From Eledone cirrhosa (Eukaryota), in assembly GCA_964016885.1 (NCBI GenBank), contig OZ024741.1:297166001-297230000 (forward strand): DNA of 64,000 nucleotides. The letters are read 5' to 3'. Made by a program: the position numbers and the translations under genes. The notes below the pieces were generated by a model. It made no database searches. It was given only the letters and a program-made list of their open reading frames with translations, and had not been told where the DNA came from. Below are positions 49,401 to 60,100 of the stretch, piece after piece. Every line of letters starts with the position of its first letter. Position 1 is the stretch's first letter.

Positions 49401-52400
49401 AGCCTTTTGCAGCTAGCAAGCGACAGTAGCTTCCTGAACTTCTTCCATCCCGTTCTTACCCTAGTTATTGTACTTTCCGATCACCCACCTCCGCTGCTAA
49501 TTCGGTCACCTAGGTAGCAGAAGCTGTCTACTGTTTCTACAGAGCCCTCCTACAGTTTTGTGGTTCTTGTTTCCTGCTTGCTGTCCCAGCACAGCTGATA
49601 CATGTGAAGCCTACATTCTTAGTTAAGCTTCCTGAGATCCCACTACATCTCTTGTGTACTCATTGTTTGCATTTGGGGCAGAGGATGGAGTTCTTACTTA
49701 CACCTTTCCTACATACTAAGCAAGGCCATCTTCTGTTTTCTCATCTACTTACAAGGACCTTAGTCTTTGTCAGGTTTGTTGACTTTAAGCCCCTTTCTTT
49801 CTAGTCCCTGCTTCCATGTTTGGAATTTCTTCTCTAGTTTCAGCTATAAGTGTGAGATCATCCGCATATAGGAGTTCCCATGAGCATCCGGTCTTGCCTC
49901 CGTTATTGCCTGCAAAACTATAATGAACAGGAGAGGGCTAAGAACAGAACACTGGTGGACACCAACCTGTATGCTAAATTCCTCGCTATAGTCATTGCTA
50001 ACCCTAACTTTTCTAACTGCTCCTCTATACATGGCTTGGGCAGCTTTCACAAGCCATTCATCTACTCCTAGTTTTTTAAGAGCCCACCAGATTATAGCAC
50101 GGGGGACTCTGTGGAAAGCTTTTTCCAGATCGACGAATGCCAGGTAGAGCGGCTTACTTTTAACTAGGTGCTTTTCCTGTAACTGCCTCACAAGTAAGAG
50201 GGCATCAGTGGTGCCTTTTTCTGGACAAACCCAAATTGCATCTCATCTAGTTTTACCCGGTCCCTAATCAGCTGTGCTATAACTCTTTCCGTTACTTTCA
50301 TGACCTGGTCCATCAGCTTTATACATCTATAGTTTCCTCTATCTAGTACATCACCTTTACCTTTGTAGCAGTTGACAATGATGCTGCTGCGCCAATCCTT
50401 TGGTATGACACCCTCTAGTATTACCTGGTTAACAATACATGTGGTTATGGTGTGACCTACCGACCCAGATGCCTTCAGCATCTCAGCAGCTGTACCCAAT
50501 GGACTGGTTGCTTTCCCTGTCTTCATATCTTTGATTGCCTCACTTTCTATGCGGCTGCTAACTTGTACTGCTGGCCCTTCTATAGGGTCCGCTTGGAGTA
50601 AGGTCTCCTTTTCCCATGCAGTCTCCTTGTATAGTAATCTTTCATAATGGCTCTTCCACGCAGCTTTCTTCTTGGCACTTGTGAGGGCAAGCTCACCTTT
50701 ATCATTCGGATACACTTCTTTCCAATGACATCACAATTCTCTGACACACTGCCTCGCAATATTGAACACCTCCTGTTGCAAAACATGCTTATTTTCTATC
50801 CCTCGCTTCCCTTCTAGCTAAGTATACTTGTCGCCTAGCTTCCCTCCTGGTCTCTATGTAATGTACCCTGCTTCCCCCATTCTTCCATTCTTTCCATGCC
50901 TGTCTCTTAGCCTTAACTGCTTCATCTACCTTATTGTTCCACCACCAAGTCACTCTCCTCCTCCCTGTGGTCTTGCTCCAACCACAGATCTCGTCTGTCG
51001 CCTTTAGTAAGTTATTTTTTAGGAACTCTCAGTGCTCTTCTACATTGAATGTCTTTATCTGTTCTTCTTTACTGTCATAGGCGCCGAGTAGAATATCTTT
51101 AAATCTGTTACTGGCTGAGGGGGCTTTCAGCTTCCAGATCTTTCTTCTCCAGGTTGCCTTCTGTTTCCAAGTTCGTCTAGTTTTGACAGTGAGGTCGCTG
51201 ACAACTAAATTATGTTGGGAGGTACACTCCTCACCAGGGAAGGCTTTTGTGTTTACAACCATCCATCTATTACGTCCTCTAATGAGGATAAAATCTATCG
51301 AACTAGAATGCTCTGCTGATCTGTAGGTGATCAGATGGTTGTCGGGTTTTTTAAAGTTTGCGTTACATATCGACATGTCATTGGTGTCGCAAAATTCTAG
51401 AAGCCAATAAAGCCTTCTTCATTTCTTGTGCCAAATCCGTGGCCTCCATGGACTCTATAGAAGCTGTCACGGTGTTTTCCAACGTGTCCATTAAAATCTC
51501 CTGCAATGATTAGGACGTCATTGTCGTTTGTTAAGGCAGTAGTGTGCATTAGGGACTCGTAAAACCTATCCTTAAGTTCGTCTGGCAACCCAGATTGGGG
51601 TGCGTAAGCTGATATTATTGTGGCAATTGTTTTATTCAGGACTAGTCTGAGTTTAATGATTCTTGCGTTCACCCTGTATATATACATATACCTAATACTG
51701 TTGTTTACAGTATATACACTAACATAATACTGAGTACATACAGTATATTTAGTACTAAATATATATACATAAACATAGAACTGATTATATACATATAAAC
51801 ATAGTACTGAGTATATACAGTGTATACAAATAAACACAGTAATGAGTATATACAGTAGTAAAGAGAGCATTAACAGGATCTGAAGAAAAACTTACATTTT
51901 TTCGGAGCACTTTTTGCTTTGGGGGTAGCTGCCTTTTTCCTACTCTTGCCTCTTCCCTTTGGTTTCTCATCATATTCAGAGTCTTCTTCATTATCAAATT
52001 CTTCCTCTTCTGAAGATTCTTTGTTGGATTTTTCAGATTCACTCTCTGAACCTTCCACTTTCTTAGAACCTTTTCCCTTTTGAGAAGTTTTGGGGGTAGA
52101 TCGACTTCGACTACCTTTGCCTTTTTTGACACTCTCCTCAATTTGGAAATCCTACAGCAAAAAGAAAAGTTTCATATACATAAAGATTTCAGAAATTATG
52201 CCATCTTTTCCCATAAACTCAATAATTTGATATGAACCCAAAATATTACTGAGAGACTTATAAAGAACTCTTAACCCTTTAGCATTTAAATCTCTCCCTT
52301 TCTGTTCAAACTAGCCACTCATACTGATATTAAGTTATTGTTCTCAAAATAAATAATATCAAAATCTCATAGATTTGATATTATGTGAAATTATTATGTG

Positions 52401-54072
52401 AAGTAAAGCCTTTACTGTGAAAATCTTATAGCAAATATAGAGTAATGTAAATGCTAAAAGGTTAAACTGGAAATCAGAAAGTATGAATATATATTTTTTA
52501 TTTTCCTTTATTATACCAAACTATACTATTACATATAAACTAGAAGGTTTAAAATATCACAAACCCTAAAATATTTTAGTAACCCCTTAACTCTTTAGTG
52601 TTCAAACCGCCCCAAACTGGCTGCAATTATTTCCCCTTCATTTGTTCAAACCGCCCGATAACACTCACACTAAAATATTGTTCTAAAAATAAACAATACT
52701 GTCATCAAAATCTCGTCAATTCGAGATTACTGCGAGATTATGCCCTTACCGCGAAAATTAACACTTAATATAGTGAAACAACTTAAAACAACACGTGTTT
52801 TTTTAACGTTGAAAGTAGAGCAGATTTTTTGTGTATCATGGCTTTCGTGTAACATGGATTGTGAAAGTAGCGATACCGACATTGAAGGTTTTACACACGA
52901 CGATATTCAGAATGAACAAGAAACAAAAGATAATATTAGTGATTTATCTTCAAATGAATCAGATGTTTACATTTCTGAAATTTCATCCGACGATGATTGT
53001 TGTTTTGAAAGTGAAAACGAAGGAGATCTCCAGGACGCCATTGAAAATATTACAGCAACGTGGTTGAAAAATACCACATCAATATATGTTCCTGATTTTA
53101 TTCAAAATACTGGTCCACAACACACATTAGCTCCCGACGCTAAAGCACTGGATTATTTCTTTTTGTTTTTACCACAAACTTTCTTCGAAGTTGTGGCAGA
53201 AGAGATTAATCGATATGCCCAACAACAGATTTCAAATCGAGGAAAAGCCGATCTGTTTGGTGCCCGACAGATGCTGCGGAAATGCAAGCATTTTTTACCG
53301 TAAATATTATGTTCGGTATAAAACAATTTCCAAGACTGTGGAATTACTGGAGCACTGATATAAGGTTTATATATTTTATATATCAAGTATTATGCAGAAA
53401 ACAACATATTTAAAATTAAACCAGTATTTGCACCTGGTTGATACTTCTAATGCTCCTATTAATTAATTTCACCTGCCCATAAAAGTCAAAGTTAACCAAA
53501 AAAAAATCAGGTAAAATTATACAATTGATATTTAAACATCTGACAAAATTTCAAGCCTGCACATAGAAAATTAAGAAAATTACAAACAAATAAAATTGAT
53601 AACCCTCTTGAGTATGATTAACTCAAAATAATTGTCTCTACTTTAGGCACAAGGCCAGCAATTACCCAGTGCATTACTGGTACTTTATTTTATCGACCCC
53701 GTAAGGATGAAAGGCTAAGTCAACCTCGGCGGGATTTGAACTCAGATCGTAAAGGGACGTAACTATGCTGGAAAGCATGGCGTCCGACCCTCTACTGATA
53801 CTACCAATCCATTAACTCAATATAATGTGAACAGATAAGCATGATATTTGAAAAGTAATGCGAATGCTAAAGGGTTAAGGTTCATATAAGCCACTGATGT
53901 AGACTATATATTGTTATGAATTGAACTGATATAAAGAAGGAAGAAAAGATAAAACTAATGCACATACCTCATCTGAATTATCACTCTCTGGAGGAGAAGG
54001 CTCATCAAAATCTTCTTCATTATCTTTGTCATCACCATTATCTTCATTGTCTTCAACCTCATTGTCAGCAGC

Positions 54073-54104
<32 letters not shown>

Positions 54105-57100
54105 CATCAACAGCGGACTCCTTTGACTTGGATCTTGCAAGAGGTCCTTTACGTGCACGCTTTGTCGGCTTTCCCTTTAATAATGATTGAAAATGAAATG
54201 ACGCATATTCTAAGCTCAAATAATCCCCCATCCCACCAAAAAATAATAATTCTGCAGATTTTTCCACCACCACCCCAATTCTTATTCCAACCCCCACTTA
54301 CTAAATTTTGCTAAGGTAAAATTGTCATCCTTGTCCTTTTATTTTTTTCCTCCCACTTTTTGCTTTTTACTTCACTTCTCTCAATTCCCTTCCAGCTTGT
54401 TGCCTTGTAATTTTCTAACCCACTTGCATTGTATGGCTTCTTAAACATACCCACTTTTCACAATGCTTCAAACTACTACCCCTTATAAAAGAAATGATTC
54501 AGCCACCTCATGATCATATTACATTGAAAGCACATGGGTATTAGGTAGTGAGTACTTCCTAAGTTTTGCAAGATTCAAAGCAAATTAATTTGTGTTGGTA
54601 CCATAATAAAATGCTCTTAGGACACTCTAAAATGGTTGGTGTTCAAATGAAGATAACACAGGGTTGTAAGGACCATTTTAGCTTAGCTGAAGGCATGACA
54701 AGCTTTCTAGTGTTGGTGTGACAATAAAATATATCCAATACATTATGTAAAGTGGTAGTGCTATGTCCATGATAAACTGCACCATAGAATATATGGGCAA
54801 GACGCAGTTCTTTAATCATGACAACCCATCCAACCCATGCCAGTATAGTAGTGCAGACATATGATGATGATGTTGATTATAATAAAAGACTCACTGTTGG
54901 TGTACTGGAACTTTGTCTCTTCTTACTTGGTGCTTTACTTTTCACAGACTGTTTAAAACAAACAGCAATGTAAACAATTAATCAAACAATAAGTAAATAT
55001 AAAAGTACAAAAAGAAAAAAAAAGGTTCACAGAACAAAGAAACTATTTCCATTGATATTTATATTGTTGATATTTGAACTGTAACAAATTATTAGGGAAA
55101 GTTATTAAACATTTTAAAAATAAATAGCTTTGTGATGTAGAACTTTGGAGGTGGAGGGGAGACAGTTTGATAGCAAAAGGGTTAATAATGCTGTCCCCTC
55201 AATATATCACCCTTTCCTCACCATATGTTTAGTGAAAGACAGTTCCCTATGGTTTTCAAATAATTTTGAAAAAGAAGAAACAAGGAAGTTAGAGATTTAG
55301 TAAAATAATCAACTTTCTCAATATTAAGTTGGTGTGTGGAACATGAAAATTCATACCTAGAATTATGGTGGAAGGTTTATAAATAAATATAAACACTTTA
55401 ACCTTTTTGTTACTATATTTCTAGAAAATAAAAGACACTGCCTATGATTTTCAAATGATTTTCAAAATAATCAAGAATTTAGAGAGATTTAGAAAAAAAA
55501 ACAGAACAGAACTTTCTCATTATTAGGCTGATGTTTGGAACATAAAAATTCTTACATAAAATTATGATGGAAAGTTTTTAGATGGATATAAATACTTTAA
55601 AACAGTTTCATATCATAGAAGCCAATGCAATTTCAGGCAGGTTGGTATCAAGAGTTAAATACCTTATTTGCTTTTTCCACTTCCTCATCTTCTTCTTCAG
55701 CATCATCAGCATCTAGAGAAGCTGATGGGGTGTTTGCTTGTGAATCATCATCAGCTGAGCTTGCTTGCTGTAAGAATAAACAACATAAAAAAAATATTAA
55801 AGAATTTGAATGTAAGTGTCCTCCCTTGAAATTGCTTAGATGGAACTCCTGTTCGGAACTAAAATTCAAATTGGCCCCTTGGTATTCTACTCATCCACCC
55901 TTCAGATCTACTATGGATTAACTGAATTACAAAAGGATTCCCAGATTTTCTGTATTTTTTTTAATTGCTTGCACTAAACCAATCTTTTGCAACCTTATTC
56001 CCTTTCTTCCTCTTTTCATTCGTTTTGTTTCTCTCTCGTTGCTTTTTTTCTCTTCTGAATTAAAAACAACACACACATGACCTTTTTCTCCTACTTCTAG
56101 TGTTCCAACCTTCACAATCTCTGTAATTTACTATCTTCCTGATGAAAGACTAACGTCTGATACATAGAAACATTCTTTCTCCTCCTTTTCTATAAAGTGT
56201 GAAACTAATAAGACTGTGTTGTTTTTCTACATGTGCGTCTTCCTTTTACTTTAACTATATACATTGCTAATTATGGTGTTGCTGTAAGAGTTGCATTGCA
56301 ACATCTCATTGATAAACAGGTGAAAACAGATAAGAGCACTCCACATCAGTCATATCTACCCAGCATAACAGTGGCAATCAAACGCGACAGAATTTCTATG
56401 AACGAATTAACATTAAGACAGATGTTACATAATTGTATTTATTGAATAATACGTATTTTAGTGACACCAGTGTGAAACTTATGCAATAATTACAACAGCA
56501 ACTGGCACCAGTGTAACATCATCAGATGTTAACACTATGTAAAGGAGTTGATATGCCAATGCCAGTTGCTTTTGTAATGATCACATTAACAATTCCACAC
56601 ACACACACACACAAGGTGACTCAAAAACAACTGGCTCCACACATGTTTTGTGTCACTGTATATTCATTTTCTAATCCATCAACCTTAAATTTCAGGACAT
56701 GGATAATACAATGTCTAAAAAGCCAGCAAGACTCCAATGAGAGCTCCAGTACCGAATTTTCTATGTCAAACACTACTATATGTGTGTCTCGTAGAAGAAG
56801 GTCTGGGAGCAATTTCATACATCTCCCTTCAAAGCCAATGTAGAAAACTGGGTGAAGAAGTTTAAGACCTATGGGACGGTGGAGAACTTCAATACAGTGT
56901 CTGAGGACCGTCCTACCCACTCATGATGACTCGGGAGGTGTACACAGGAAGTTGTTGACATGGTCCGAGAGTCTGTTGAACAGAACCCAAAACGATCACT
57001 GCACAGGACAAGCCAGTCCTTGGGTCTCTCCACAGTTACTTGCAGAAGGGTTGTCAAAGAGGATCTTAAGTAGTTCTCTTTCAAAATACAGACTAAACAA

Positions 57101-60100
57101 AAGCTTATTGTAGCTGATAAGAGAAAAGCTGTGACTAAGAAAATGTTGGAGATGAAAAATCCAAACTTTCTGAATCTACTGTAGACCTCTGATTAGCCCA
57201 TTCTTCTTTGAAGAAAATGGTATCACTGTTAATCACAAAGGAATGCTATGTGGAGGTCCTAGAAGACTTCAAAAAGGAGCTACAAACCATGTACCCACCT
57301 TTAAGGATTAAGTTGTGAGAATGGCTGAAAATTAACTCTGGAAATCCTATGATCAGTTTGAAGACTGATTTTGAGTAGGCCCCATACAATCCTGATTTAA
57401 GTCCCCCAGATTTCTCTCTTTGGGGCTATCTGAAGGATATGTCAACAAATCCAGGGCCATCACTGAACTAAAGGAAAACATCAGGGAGGAGATCAGAGCC
57501 ATCCCTAGGTCTGTTTGTAAAGACATTATGCTAAACTTCACCATGCACCTCAAGAAAAAGGCAGGGGGATCACCTGGAATGTGCTAACTTTGGACAGAAA
57601 CACCAGAAGATAATGAATTTTTGATATGTTTTTTTTAATTGTTTGAACTAAATATATTCAGAGTTTCATCTAGTTTTTGTCAAAAAATGAATAATGTTGA
57701 CAAAAATAAAAATGGGACCATTTTTTTTAGTTACCTTGTATATAATCATCTAAATACATGTGTATATAACCACAAAAACAATTACTCAACTATCATACTT
57801 ACTGAATTTGATGATCCATGAAATTTTACATTTGGGTCGTGAACTATTTCCCATAAACCTTCATTAAAACCCCTCCTCTTCTGTGGGTTACCATATTTGC
57901 TTTTGTATTTGTTATAAGTAAATATATCTTTGGGTGCTAAAAAAGCCCTGTAAAGAAACAAAATCAAAATTATGAAAATAACCACACTAGGCAAGAACAA
58001 CATAATCACTCTTGCTAATTATACTCATCATGGGGTCCTATTTCAGAAATGTTTTATGCCCCAATGCCCTCTCTGGCACAAATCATTTTAGTTGCAGGGA
58101 TGATACTGCATACTATTCTAAACTGGCTACATAGAGTATTAAAATTATCATGCTGGGGTGAATGAAATATTGACCTAGATGAGTGTTTTCCAAAATAGTG
58201 TCCATGGGATAGCAGTTGCCTATTATTTAACAGGTTCTTGAAAATGAAACTTTGGCAATTTTTAAAAATATTTATGTAAAGCCTATTTTGTTGCATGTAA
58301 CAGGCAATTTTGCAACACAAGTGTAAGCTTTTTGTGTTTTCAGACCTAGCTAAATCCAAAAGTACAAGCCACAGAGACTAGACTTTTGGCATATTTGTAT
58401 TAGGTATAATCCTGGGATTTTGGGACATGATATCATTTTAATAAACTATTAAAAATGGCTATAAACAATTAAATTACAGTGATTAAAGGCCTTTTCATGC
58501 ATTTTCACATGGCTATATTGTGTTCCGTTATCTGTAGGGGGCTCAGTTTTGATACACCTTTGATACAGAAGAATTAGTGATGTTAGAATGTTAACTTAAT
58601 GTGTGTAGTTAGTGTGCAGAGTGGAAATTCAAGGAATATTAATTCATATTGATACAATGGAATGAAATGAAATTTACAGTTCATTCCTATGTAAAATTTA
58701 GGTTGCTCCTATGAGGTTTCCTCGGGTGTTTTAGTGATAATCTCATTATGAAAAACAATATGAAATGTAGCAACATGTTGCTGCCTGGTCCAATAATTGA
58801 ACACACTAGGCCACACTCCTTAGTTGTGTTGAGGACATGACAGCCTTCCTAGTGCAAGTGATCTACACAATAAAAGTACCCAGTACAGGCTGCAAAATCG
58901 TTGGTTTTAGGAATGACATCCAGCTGTAGAAAGAAAGCTTGCCAAACAAGGAATTGGGAGGACCTTTCAGTTTATGTAAAAAAAATACAACTTCTGCAAT
59001 AATATGACCTTTTTTAAGCATGATAGAGATCTGCCAGCATGTCTTGGAGGTCAGTAGCCAAGCTTCAGTAATGACTTGGTCTATGTAGACCTGTCCAACC
59101 CTTGCTAACAGGGAATGATGATTTGTACATGTTGATACAGTACTGATGATTGACACATGTCAATATTCTGGGAGTGTGTATATATAATTATATTCTTAAT
59201 AACAGAGTAATTAGGAAATTGTATCAGTAGCTAAGATGAGTGGAGGAATTATGGTCAAGATATTAATAAGCAAACACTGCAACTTCCAAATCTCTTCATA
59301 CAATTCATAATTGAGATTAAGATATAAACAAAAGGATCAGTTTTTATAAGATTATATAATAATTGTTTCTACTTTTGGCCAGCAATTACTGGTACTTTAT
59401 TTTATCAACCCTGTAAGGATGAACAGCCAAGTTAACCTCGGCAGGATTTGAACTCAAATCATAAAGGGCCATAACTCTATGCTGCAAAGCATGGCATCCA
59501 ACTCTCTACCGATACTGCCAATCCTAATGAATTGGTTCTCTCTCCATGGGGTCCTAACAACATTTAAGGAAGGTAAACAAATCTAACATTAAACAATGAA
59601 TCTGAAACTTAATTTCCAACCAGAATCTAAAACTCAATGTACTAATAATGAAAAAATATGCATTATCCAATAAGTTCAAAATGTATAATCTAATGTTATT
59701 TCTAGCAGGACAAGCAACTGTATACAGGGTCTTTTGTTGATGATTATATTGTTGTTGTTTAAATAGGTTTATCCCTAGAAGACCTACTATATGTTAGGTG
59801 CTATTCCTGTGTTTTATTTTGGGCATAGTATATCTTAGACTACCTTATCCAATGTGTCCTTTCTTTTGAGACTATTTTTTTTCAAAATGTGAAGTAATCA
59901 CACAAAGCCCACCCCCTATCTCCTTACCCTTGTTGTTGCAGTTAGTATTTGTGGTGGTGTGCCACATAAATATTTTATAACCATGCTACACTCATTTGAA
60001 ACTTGACAGTACTTTGAGGAGGTGACACGACAAAAAGCAGTCCACACTGTAAATATGGTCATTTTATGTGCCACAATAAAAAGCACCCAGTCTCCACACC

